Source of the DNA: Acidobacteriota bacterium
GTDB taxonomy: Bacteria > Acidobacteriota > Terriglobia > Versatilivoradales > Versatilivoraceae
Length of the DNA stretch: 64,000 bases
Direction of reading: 5' to 3'
Assembly: GCA_022821775.1 (NCBI GenBank)
Contig: JAJECY010000247.1
Location: forward strand, 2,368 to 66,367
The translations under genes and the position numbers were made by a program. Below are positions 45,844 to 55,300 of this stretch, one piece after another. Within the stretch, counting starts at the first letter, position 1; each line of letters begins with the position of its first letter. The notes beneath the pieces were generated by a model, which saw only the letters and a program-made list of their open reading frames with translations, was not told the origin of the DNA and searched no databases.

Positions 45844-47568
45844 ATGAAACGCCGAACTTTCCTAAGGACCGTTGGAGCTGCGGCCCCCGGGGCGTTGGCC
45901 ACACCTCTTGTCACTGCGGCGGCAGCCGGTCCGTCACCCTCCAAGGACTCCCGGCGTTCCGGGGATCCGCGTGTCTTCTTTTTCGACGACGGGCGCCACG
46001 CGGCCGACCTGTACTGCTTCGAACCCCCGGTGACCCCGTCCGATCACGCCTTCATCGTGGACCAGCTCGCCAGCAGCGGTGTGGACGCCTTTGTCTATTT
46101 CGCAGGCGTCGAAGGAGGCACCATGCTCTACGACAGCAAGGTGGCTCAGATGTGGGGAGCGGAGGTCAAGCAATGGACCCACTATGTCTGGTATCGGGCG
46201 GGCCGGATTTTGAAGCAGCTCGTCGAGGACGGCCACGATCCCCTCAAGATCCTGGTGGACCGCTGTCACCAGCAGGGAATGCTGATGATCGCCAGTACCT
46301 GGGTGAGCCTGGAGGGAGGGACCCGGGAGAAAAACGAAGGCCTGGGTCGATGGTCGGCCTTCGCCATGGACAACCCGCAGCTCCACGTGGGAGATGATCC
46401 CGACCCCCGTGCCAGGGATATCAACAAGAGCCGCTTTAATTTCATGCACGAGGCGGTGCGGGAGGAACGGTTTCCGGTTTTCGAGGAGCTGCTCTCCCGC
46501 TATGAGACCGACGGCATCGAGCTGAACCTGACCTCGTCCACGCCCTTCTGCCGCTTCGACCAGGCCGGGGAGATGGCCCCGGTGATGACCCAATGGATCC
46601 GGGAACTGCGGAAGGTGGCCGACAAGGCCCAGCAGGCGCAGGGACGGCGAAAGCGCATCTACGCCCGCGTCCCCGCCCACCCGGACGCCTGGAAGCTGGT
46701 GGGCTACGAGGTCCCCACCTGGATTTCGGAGAACCTTGTGGACGGCCTCTTCTGCGAGGGCAGCTACACCGAGGACGAAGGAATCGTACAGGACGTGGAT
46801 TGCACCCAGGTGGTCAAGCTCACCCGGGGGACCGGAACCCGTGCCTACTTTTCCATGCACAACGGGCTGGGCCGGCAGTTTGCCCGATGGGCCACCCCCG
46901 AAATGGTCTGGGCCGGCGCCGCCACCGCCTACGATCAGGGGGTCGACGGCGTCGCCATGGCCGACCACCTCTGGACCCCCCAGGGATGGCCCTGGACAGC
47001 CCAGGAATACGATACCCTGCGCCTGCTGCCCCACCCGAAACTGCTGGCCACGGCCGACAAGCTCTACATGGTTCGCACCCGCAAGGAACGGGACACCTCC
47101 ATGGACTGGCTGCCCGACAGAACGATGGGCCTGCCCCAGGAGATTGCCGAAGGGGCGTCGACAGAGGTTTCCTTTCCAATGGCCGATGACCTGGAGCACT
47201 GGCGCAAGCTGGGACGGGTCAGGTCGGTGGTCCTGAGGGTGCGCCTCGGAGGCATCGTCCCGACCATCGATCGGATCCGGGTCGAGTTCAACGGCCAGGA
47301 ACTCCCCGATTCCATCCTGCAGAAGGTGGACATGACCTATCGGCTGGTGGGCCAGGATTCCCTCTCCCATTCCATCGGACCCTACGGATACGGCTACGAC
47401 TACCACCTGGGTCCGGAGTTCACGCCCAGGAAGGGGCGCAACACCCTGAAGGTCACCGTCCTGAAGCGGGATCGCGACATCAAGGGGAACCTCTCCCTGG
47501 ACCGCGTCGACTGCAGAGTGGCCTATCGACGCCACCGCCACTTCGAAGAGCGGCCCATCGAGTATTGA
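45844..47568 (+). CDS. TAT-signal secreted putative glycoside-hydrolase-like protein, paralog of 4345..6066
   Basis: ATG 45844 (MKRRTFLRTVGAAAPGALATPLVTAAAAG), twin-arginine motif, GGAG upstream. Collinear with 4345..6066. Confidence 0.72.
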   Translation: MKRRTFLRTVGAAAPGALATPLVTAAAAGPSPSKDSRRSGDPRVFFFDDGRHAADLYCFEPPVTPSDHAFIVDQLASSGVDAFVYFAGVEGGTMLYDSKVAQMWGAEVKQWTHYVWYRAGRILKQLVEDGHDPLKILVDRCHQQGMLMIASTWVSLEGGTREKNEGLGRWSAFAMDNPQLHVGDDPDPRARDINKSRFNFMHEAVREERFPVFEELLSRYETDGIELNLTSSTPFCRFDQAGEMAPVMTQWIRELRKVADKAQQAQGRRKRIYARVPAHPDAWKLVGYEVPTWISENLVDGLFCEGSYTEDEGIVQDVDCTQVVKLTRGTGTRAYFSMHNGLGRQFARWATPEMVWAGAATAYDQGVDGVAMADHLWTPQGWPWTAQEYDTLRLLPHPKLLATADKLYMVRTRKERDTSMDWLPDRTMGLPQEIAEGASTEVSFPMADDLEHWRKLGRVRSVVLRVRLGGIVPTIDRIRVEFNGQELPDSILQKVDMTYRLVGQDSLSHSIGPYGYGYDYHLGPEFTPRKGRNTLKVTVLKRDRDIKGNLSLDRVDCRVAYRRHRHFEERPIEY

Positions 47569-47587
47569 GGCTTGGCCGGGGGCGGTC

Positions 47588-49087
47588 TCAGCCGGCCAGG
47601 GTGTGGTAGACCGGTTGGAGTTTCTGCTGGATCTCCCGGTAGTGCTGAAAGAGCGCAGTGTAGGCTCCGGCCCGCTCGGGATCGGGTGTAACGATTTCCA
47701 GCTCCTGCCTGGATCCGGCCAGCGCCTGGGAGACATCCGGGTAGAGGCCGATTCCCACCAGGCCCAGCAGCGCCGCGCCGTATGCGGAATCCGTCACCCG
47801 CGATACCTGCAGGGGCTTCCCCAGGACGTCGCAGACGATCCGGGTCCACAGCCTGCCCGCCGTTCCGCCTCCCACCACCGTGATGGTCCCCCGCGGACCC
47901 CCCAGGTCATCCAGCACCCTCAGCGCGTCCCGCAGGGAGAAGGCCGTACCTTCGTAAGCGGCCCGGACGAAGTGCTCGGGGCGATGGCCGAAGGTGGCTC
48001 CGGTAAAGCTGGCCCGCAGCCGGCCGTCCCAGTAGGGGCAGCGCTCGCCCGAAAGGTAGGGGTGGAAGAACAGCCCCTCGGCCCCCTGCGGAACGGTCTC
48101 CACATCCGAATCCCACTCCTGGAAGGTTCCCGGCCGGCCGGAGCCGACGCTGCGGAACACCCACTGCAGGGCTGAAGTGCAGGAGTTGGTGCCTGCCTGA
48201 GAGTACCAGAGCGGGGACACCGGGTGAGGGTAGGTGATGAGCCCGGGATGAGGGTGCGCCTCTTCCAGGACCAGGTGGATCCCGCCGGCCGTGGCCAGCC
48301 GCAGCAGGCAGTCGCCGGGCCGAATCACTCCGGCCCCGTAGGTCTCCGCCGCGCTGTCCAGGGTCCCGTTGATCACCGGCACCCCGGAAGGAATCCCCAG
48401 GTCCTCGGCTGCAGCCGCCGCCAGCGAGCCTACCTGGGCCGTGGAAGGGCGTACCTCGGGCAGCACCTCGTCCGCCAGCCCCAGCGGCTCCAGCAAGGGT
48501 CCTGACCACCCGCCGGCGTTAGCGTCGAAGAGCATGGAGGAAAGCGCGGTGGCGGGATCGGTCGTCCACCGGCCCGTGAGCCATTTCGACAGGCAGTCCT
48601 TGGAAAGGGCCACCCGCAGGACCTTGGACCACGCCTCCGGTTCCTGGCGCCGCACCCACAGGAGCTGGGGCAGGGTCCAGGTGGGAGAGACGCTGTTATG
48701 GGACAACCTGAAGATTTCCTCGCCCCGTTGAGACTGCAGTTCCTCCACCTCGTTCAGGGAGCGCTGGTCATACCAGAGGATGGCGTTTCTCAGGGGATTG
48801 CCGCCAGCGTCCAGCAGCACCGGAATGTGGGCGGCGCTGGAAAGGCAAATGCCGCCGACCCGATCGGACGGAACCGGGCATTCCGAGAGAAGACAGCGGG
48901 TGGCCTCGATGGCCGCGGGCACCCAGTGTCGGGGGTCCTGCTCGGCCCAGCCGGCCCGGGGGGTGAGGGTGGGATAGCCGGCGCTGCGGGCTCCCAGGTG
49001 GCGGCCGGAAGCATCCACCGCGCACACCTTGCAGGAGGAGGTGCCCAGATCGATCCCCAGAAGGTAGGGAGGGCGGCTAGCCTGCAT
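47588..49087 (-). CDS. FGGY family carbohydrate kinase (xylulokinase-like)
   Basis: N-terminal LLGIDLGTSSCKVCAVD and FGGY C-terminal blocks (GGGTAGRLWTRIVCDVLGKPL). Confidence 0.85.
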   Translation of the reverse strand: MQASRPPYLLGIDLGTSSCKVCAVDASGRHLGARSAGYPTLTPRAGWAEQDPRHWVPAAIEATRCLLSECPVPSDRVGGICLSSAAHIPVLLDAGGNPLRNAILWYDQRSLNEVEELQSQRGEEIFRLSHNSVSPTWTLPQLLWVRRQEPEAWSKVLRVALSKDCLSKWLTGRWTTDPATALSSMLFDANAGGWSGPLLEPLGLADEVLPEVRPSTAQVGSLAAAAAEDLGIPSGVPVINGTLDSAAETYGAGVIRPGDCLLRLATAGGIHLVLEEAHPHPGLITYPHPVSPLWYSQAGTNSCTSALQWVFRSVGSGRPGTFQEWDSDVETVPQGAEGLFFHPYLSGERCPYWDGRLRASFTGATFGHRPEHFVRAAYEGTAFSLRDALRVLDDLGGPRGTITVVGGGTAGRLWTRIVCDVLGKPLQVSRVTDSAYGAALLGLVGIGLYPDVSQALAGSRQELEIVTPDPERAGAYTALFQHYREIQQKLQPVYHTLAG

Positions 49088-49375
49088 TTCTCACCTTGCA
49101 AAAGACACAAGAGAAAAAAACATGGATGGACAGGATGAACAGGATAACCAAGATGACAAGCTGTTGCGTGGCACGCCGACTCGCGCGATACGACCCGCTC
49201 GGCGCCCGCTATCGGGGCAAGCCGGTTGGTGTTGAAGAATCCTGTGCATCCTGTGCATCCATGTGAATAAAAAAGCCTTTTGCAAAATTGCGAATCGGGC
49301 CTCGGTCTTCTGCCCGGAAACCGGCCCATGACCGGAGACAGCGCGACGGGTGGAAGGCTCCGGGACAGACCGGGC

Positions 49376-50287
49376 TTACCGGTCCGGGTCCGGCCTGTCC
49401 ACCCGGGTCAGGCCGTGCTGCTCGAGAAATTCACTGATGACGGTGTGTGCCCGCAGCGTCTCTTCCGGACTGAAGGGCCCGTGCGGTCCCTGGGGTATGG
49501 TCACCAGGCGATTGGGGACCCCGGCCTCGGTCAAGGCCCGGTGCAACCGAAGCGCCTGAGAGTAGGGCACCAGCGGATCGTTCTCTCCGTGAACCGTCAG
49601 GATGGGGGGCAGGTCTGCGCGAACATAGGTCAGCGGAGAAACTCTCTTCGCCAGCGACTCCCTGTCCGGCCGCACTCCCAGCCAACGGAGCGCGTATCCC
49701 TGAACGTTGTCTCCCTGGATCAGATCCAGCACGTCGGTGATGCCGTACCAGTTGACGATGGCCGCCACCTTGGGCTCTCCCTTGCCCAAGCAGCGATAGT
49801 CCAGTCCGGCTTCACTCGTCAGCATGCCGGTGGTCAGAGCTAGGTGCCCCCCGGCGGAATGGCCGGAGACCACGATGCGGTCGGTATCCAGGTTGTACCG
49901 GCCGGCGTGGTCCACAACCCAGCGCAGGGCGCAGCGACAGTCCTCCACCGCGGCCGGCGCCAGGGAAACCCCGCTGCGCCGGTACTCCACGTTCACCACC
50001 GCCCACCCCATTTCGAGGTAGGGCAGGAGCCGCAGTATGGGCTCGTCCTTGTCGCCGGTGTACCAGCCTCCGCCGTGAAAGTAGACCAGAGTGGGCGCGG
50101 GCTCGCTCAGCCCGACCGGCTGGTACAGATCCAACTCGGCCTGCCAGTTTTCGGCGGTGAGATAGACCATGTCCGGCTGCACCCGGTAGTTCTTGAAGGC
50201 AGTGGCCGCCCAGGCGGCCCTGGAGGAGAGCTGCCCCCAGGCCGGCAAGGCCCAGAGAGTGGCCAACAGCACGGCCGTAATGCCCAT
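49376..50287 (-). CDS. alpha/beta-hydrolase fold esterase/lipase (HSL-like), secreted
   Basis: Trimmed to ATG 50287 (MGITAVLLATLWALPAWGQ signal). Oxyanion HGGGW and nucleophile elbow GHSAGG. Confidence 0.8.
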   Translation of the reverse strand: MGITAVLLATLWALPAWGQLSSRAAWAATAFKNYRVQPDMVYLTAENWQAELDLYQPVGLSEPAPTLVYFHGGGWYTGDKDEPILRLLPYLEMGWAVVNVEYRRSGVSLAPAAVEDCRCALRWVVDHAGRYNLDTDRIVVSGHSAGGHLALTTGMLTSEAGLDYRCLGKGEPKVAAIVNWYGITDVLDLIQGDNVQGYALRWLGVRPDRESLAKRVSPLTYVRADLPPILTVHGENDPLVPYSQALRLHRALTEAGVPNRLVTIPQGPHGPFSPEETLRAHTVISEFLEQHGLTRVDRPDPDR

Positions 50288-50439
50288 CCGCAGGAAAATT
50301 CTCCGGAACACATCGCCTCCTTCCTCGATACTTTCTCGAAAAAATCGAAAAACAGACCGCTGCCCGGTCCATGTCAACGCCGTTCAACCCTGCATGCGGA
50401 CGCCGCCATTGCTTCGCTGCCCATACTGCCGACATTCCC

Positions 50440-50930
50440 CGATGGGACACCGCGTTTGCTCCCCACCGGCTCGACGGCGGGCTATGCACTCTCGCTACGC
50501 CGCGTTGGCCCCCCTCCGGCTCGAAGAGGGGCTTCGCCCTCTCGCCGACTCCCCCTCAAGGGGGGAGTGATTACAGTCGCTCCTGACGAGGCTTCAGTGA
50601 TTCCCCGCAGATCATTCCACCCCTCAATCCCCCCCCAAACGTCCCTTCAAACACTCGAGGATCACTCCCCCCTTGAGGGGGAGTCGCAGAAGCCCGAGCC
50701 GAATGGCGAAGGCTTCTGCGGTGGGGGGTTCGCACAAGGCGAGCCAACGGCGAGATCTTGTGCGCCGTCGCGGTCAGGCACCAGCCAAGTTAAAGGCGAG
50801 ATCTTGTGCGCCCTCGGGTTCGCACCAGCCAAGTTACAGGCGAAGGCCGATGAGGTGGGGGCGGAAAGCAGACCGCCGGCCAGTTTCGCATCGGCCCTCC
50901 CCCACCCCACAAGCCACCTATCGGACGTGA
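50440..50930. repeat. GC-rich intergenic repeat element, copy C, plus additional hairpin and two tandem ~45-bp repeats
   Basis: 50440-50580 is near-identical to copy A. 50655-50685 CACTCCCCCCTTGAGGGGGAGT is the inverse hairpin. 50745-50845 holds a two-copy tandem GGCGAGATCTTGTGCGCC...CACCAGCCAAGTTA(A/C)AG. Confidence 0.75.
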
Positions 50931-50945
50931 GCCCACAAGGAACCT

Positions 50946-52388
50946 CTACGACAGGATGTCATCTACCACGTTGCCGTAAACATCGGTCAGGCGCATATCG
51001 CGGCCGCTGAAACGGTAGGTCAGCCTGGTGTGGTCCAGACCCAGCAGATGTAGGATGGTGGCATGGAGGTCATGGACATGCACCTTGTTCTCGACGGCGT
51101 AGTAGCCGTACTCGTCGGTGGCTCCGTAGACGCTCCCGGGCTTGACCCCTCCCCCGGCCAGCCACATGGTGAAGCCGAAGGGATTGTGGTCCCGCCCCAC
51201 CTGGGACAGGTCGCCGTCATCCGGGATCTGGGCCGTGGGGGTCCTGCCGAATTCGCCGCCCCACACCACCAGGGTCTGATCCAGCAGCCCGCGAGCCTTG
51301 AGGTCCTTCAACAGTCCGGCAATGGGCTTGTCGGTGGCCCTGGCGTTGATGCGGTGGCGCTCTTTCAAACGCAGGTGCTGATCCCAGCGGTCGATCCGGC
51401 GCTGGGGGCTGAGGCATTCGATGAAGCGGACGCCCCGTTCCACCAGGCGGCGGGCCAGCAGGCACTCCCGGCCGAATTCCTCGGTCTCGGGCTCATCCAG
51501 TCCGTAGAGCTTCCGGGTCGCCTCCGACTCGTCGCCCAGTTCCAGCAGTTCCGGAACCGCCGATTGCATGCGGAAGGCCAGCTCGTAGTTGGCGATGGTG
51601 GCCTCCAGCTCGCTGACGGGACCGAAGCGGTCCACCACCCCGGCATTCAGCTTGCGGATGAGCCCCAGCTTGTCGAGCTGCAGCTCGGGGGCGGCCTCGC
51701 GGGGCCGGATGTCGGCGATGGGGTGGCGTCCCTTGCGGAACAGGGTTCCCTGGTAGGAGGCCGGCAGAAAGCCGCTGCCGAACAGATCCAGTCCTCCGGG
51801 AGGGATCATTTCGCTCTCCAGCACAACGAAGCCGGGGAGGTTGTCCGATTCGCTTCCCAGGCCGTAGGTCACCCAGGATCCCAGGCTGGGCCGGCCCTGA
51901 AAGCCGGTGCCGGAATGCATGAAATAGTTGGCGGCGGTGTGCTCGGAGTGGTCGGCCACCATCGACCGAACGAAGGTCATGTCATCCACGCAGGTGGCCA
52001 GGTGGGGAAAGAGCTCGCTGACCGCGGCTCCCGAGTGGCCATGGCGCTTGAAGCTGAAGGGCGACCCCAGCACCATCCGGCTGATCTGGAAGACGGTGGC
52101 GGGCGTCTCCATGCGGATGGGCTGACCGCTCTCCTTCTGCAGCCTGGGCTTGGGGTCGAAGGTATCCATCTGCGACGGCCCCCCGTCCATGAAGAGAAAG
52201 ATCACCGACCTGGCCTTGGGCGGGTGGTGAGTGGCTCTGGGAGCCAGCGGAGAAGTCGAGGTTCCGGCGGACAGTCCCTGCTTCTCGGCCAGGAGGCAGG
52301 ACAGCGCCAGGCCGCCGAAGCCGTTGGCGCACCGCCACAGCATCTCCCGGCGGTTGATTGCAGTCGAAGAAGCATTTGGCCAATGCAT
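50946..52388 (-). CDS. DUF1501 domain protein
   Basis: ATG 52388. FMDGGPSQMDTFDPKP, WGGEFGRTP, GRDHNPFGFT blocks. Directly downstream of its PSCyt partner (stop/start 10 nt apart). Confidence 0.9.
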   Translation of the reverse strand: MHWPNASSTAINRREMLWRCANGFGGLALSCLLAEKQGLSAGTSTSPLAPRATHHPPKARSVIFLFMDGGPSQMDTFDPKPRLQKESGQPIRMETPATVFQISRMVLGSPFSFKRHGHSGAAVSELFPHLATCVDDMTFVRSMVADHSEHTAANYFMHSGTGFQGRPSLGSWVTYGLGSESDNLPGFVVLESEMIPPGGLDLFGSGFLPASYQGTLFRKGRHPIADIRPREAAPELQLDKLGLIRKLNAGVVDRFGPVSELEATIANYELAFRMQSAVPELLELGDESEATRKLYGLDEPETEEFGRECLLARRLVERGVRFIECLSPQRRIDRWDQHLRLKERHRINARATDKPIAGLLKDLKARGLLDQTLVVWGGEFGRTPTAQIPDDGDLSQVGRDHNPFGFTMWLAGGGVKPGSVYGATDEYGYYAVENKVHVHDLHATILHLLGLDHTRLTYRFSGRDMRLTDVYGNVVDDILS

Positions 52389-52397
52389 GTCAGTCCT

Positions 52398-55300
52398 TCA
52401 CCTCAGGTAGATGAATTCGGCCGAGTTTATCAAGGCGTGCCCCAGGTCGGCCCACGCCCGCTGTTCCACGCTCTCCGGGTTTTCCTCTTTGTCTCCCAAA
52501 CCGCGGTACCGGTCCCCGGCTGACTCCGCAAACTGCAGCAGGTCCTTCAACTCCCGCGGCTCCGGGCGCCGGCCGTAGGCCTCCAGCACCATTCGCGCGG
52601 CTCGCCGGCCGGGGTCGGTCTCCTCCGCGACCATGCGCCGGGCCCAGGCTCGAGCCTCCCCGGCGATGAACTCATTGTTCATCATCATGAGGGCCTGGGA
52701 GGGAACGGTGGAGACCCCCCTGCGCCCGATGGTCGAAATGGGCGGGGGGTAATCGAAAGCCAGGAACAGGGGAGTCAGAAAGTTGCGGCGGACCTGCACG
52801 TAGAGGCTGCGCCGGCCGTTCCCGTCCAGCGGCCCCGACTTGGGCTTGCCCCGGCCGTCCTGATAGGGGCTGATGTGGGGCGGCACGCTGGGACCCAACA
52901 GTTGGCGATCGAGGTTGCCGCTCACCGCCAGAATGGAGTCGCGGACCGCCTCGGCTTCCAGCCTGCGCACCGAGACGTGATGGAGGAGCCGGTTCTCGGG
53001 ATCGAGCCGCAGGGCCGGGGCTTCCGGCCGGCCCGACATGCGGTAGGTGCTGCTCAGCAGAATCAGTCGCTGGACGGCCTTGACCGACCACCCCTCCCTC
53101 ATGAAGCGATGGGCCAGAAAATCCAGCAGGTCGGGATGGCTGGGCCGGTCCCCCGTCTCGCCGAAGTTGTCCACCGAGCGCACCAGGCCTTCGCCGAAGT
53201 GGTGCTTCCAGATACGATTGACCATCACCCGGGCCGTCAGCGGGTTCCGGAGGTCGACCAGCCGGTCGGCCAACTGCAGTCGGCCGCTTCCCTCCAGGAT
53301 GGCGGGCTGATCCTTCCCGGCCAGGATCTGGAGGAAGCGGCGCGGAACCTCCGCGCCCAGGTTCTTGTGATCCCCCCTCAGGTGGACACGCACGTCGCGA
53401 GGGTCCCGGTCCTGGCTGCTCATGGCGAATTGGGAGGGCGGAACCCGGTTGTCCAGAGACCTGCGTTGGCCCTGAATCCGCGCCACCTCTTCCCCCTCCT
53501 CCTCCCACAGCAGAGCCCCCAGATCTTCCAGGCGCCCGCTCGGACTGAGAGAGGCCAGCAACCAGCGGTCGGCCGCGGTCAACGGGCCCGAGGCTCCCAG
53601 GGCCTCCAGGAAAAGATCCCGGTAGGATCGAGCCAGCGCCTCCAGCGACCCCGGGTTCCCCGAGAGGATCCTCTGCTGCAGTTCCCGGTGGGAGGCGTCC
53701 AGGTGGAGAGGAGGCTCCTTGGAGTTGGAGAAGACGATCTTGTCCACGGCGATATGCCTGTCGGCGCTTCGGTCCAGGATCTCGAAATGGCAGATTCGTC
53801 CCACCTGGATGGTCATCCGCGAGGTCTTCCACTGCAGTCGGCCCGCTTCCGGAACAAAGGTCGAGCTTCTGACCCCGTCCGCAATCAAGTTCAGGCTCAG
53901 GAGAGGGAAGGGTTGGTCGCCGGCCGGCTCCCGCGGCTTGTTGCCGGCCAGCCTCACGTGCAGGTAAATGCCGTGCTGCCGGTAGTCGCGGGGAAGCTCG
54001 GGCACGGTGAACTTGCGGGAGGTCAGGCTGCCCATGAACCGGTCGGACCCGGCGCCGAAGGAGCTGGCCAAGGGCTGGCCCTGAAAGTTGCGGAGGGCCA
54101 GATTGGATGGAATCTCCCGCGCCGGACCGGGCCCGAAGGCCTGTCCCTGCACGGTCCATCCCTCGAAGCCGGGTTTGCTGAAATCCTCGAAGATCACGTC
54201 CACTCGCTCCGGCCCGGCGTCTTCCTCACTCCCCTCCGGTTCGCCCCTCCCGGCCAATTGGCCGCGGACGGCCTCCACCCCCTCGGCAAAGGAGCCAAGA
54301 CGCCTGCTGGCCAGGCCGTCGATCAGGGAGGCCAGCGGGTAGAACAGGTCGTCCGGATCTCCACAAGCCTGCCGGAGGGTTTCGACCCAGGCTTGCAACA
54401 GGCCGGCATCCAACAGCCGCCGGCCGGCCAGCTCCGCCACCTCCTCGGGCCCCGCCGAAGCCCGGGGGGAGGCCAGTTCGGCCGCCGCCAGCAGGTAGGG
54501 TTCGATCTGCCGGGCCATGCTCCTGCGGGCCGGTTGCAGCAGCCTCCGGATGTCGGAAGTGTGATCCCGGATCCGATGTTGGAGGGAGGCGATCTCCTGC
54601 CGCCGGGAGGCCGAATCGATGACCGCCTGGGCAAAATCGGTGCTGTGCAGGATCCCCGCCAGGGCGTAGTAGTCGCTGGTGGGAATGGGGTCGAACTTGT
54701 GGTCGTGGCAGCGTGCGCAGGCTACCGTCAGGCCCAGGAAGGCCTTGGACAGAACGTCGATCTGGTTGTCGACCTCGTCGGCCCGAGCCTTGACGGAGTC
54801 GATGGCGCCGTTGAGGCGTTCCCCCAGCCAGAAGAAACTGGTGCTGACCGGAGATTCCCAGTGGATCTCCCCGGGGCCCAGGCGTTTTTCCGCCACCAGG
54901 TCGCCGGCCACGTGCTCGCGAACGAAGCGGTCATAGGGAAGGTCCTGGTTGAAGGCCCGGATGACGGCGTCGCGGTAGCGCCAGACATCGGGCTTGGCGT
55001 GGTCGAACTCGTGGCCGTTGGTTTCGGCAAAACTGACCAGGTCCAGCCAATGGCGTCCCCAGCGCTCGCCGTAGTGCGGAGAGGCCAGCAGTCGTTCCAC
55101 CACCTTCCGGTAGCTGTCAGGGGAACCATCGGCCGCGAACCGCTCGACCTCGCCCGCCGAGGGTGGCAGTCCGGTCAGACCGAAAGTGACCCGGCGGATC
55201 CAGCTTCGCTTGCCGGCGGCCGGGGCCGGCTTCAGTCCCTTGGCTTCCAGCCTGGAGAGCACGAAGCTGTCGATGGGGGAGGAAACCCAGCGGCTGTCTT

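Noticed and set aside
13057-49289. Sigma-54 promoter reading of the shared CTTTTGCAAAATT motif (TTGCA as -12 element)
   Set aside because: No GG dinucleotide at the required -24 spacing upstream in either copy.
39374-50586. Small ORFs inside the GC-rich repeats (39374..39625, 45417..45695, 50371..50586, the tail of 49844..51010) sharing ...PPSGSKTGFALSPTPPQGGSD
   Set aside because: Similarity is at the nucleotide level and in both orientations. There are no starts or RBSs. Peptide conservation is a by-product of the DNA repeat.
50745-50845. Possible CRISPR array
   Set aside because: Only two ~45-bp tandem units with no regular spacers, and no cas genes. It is part of the intergenic repeat family.
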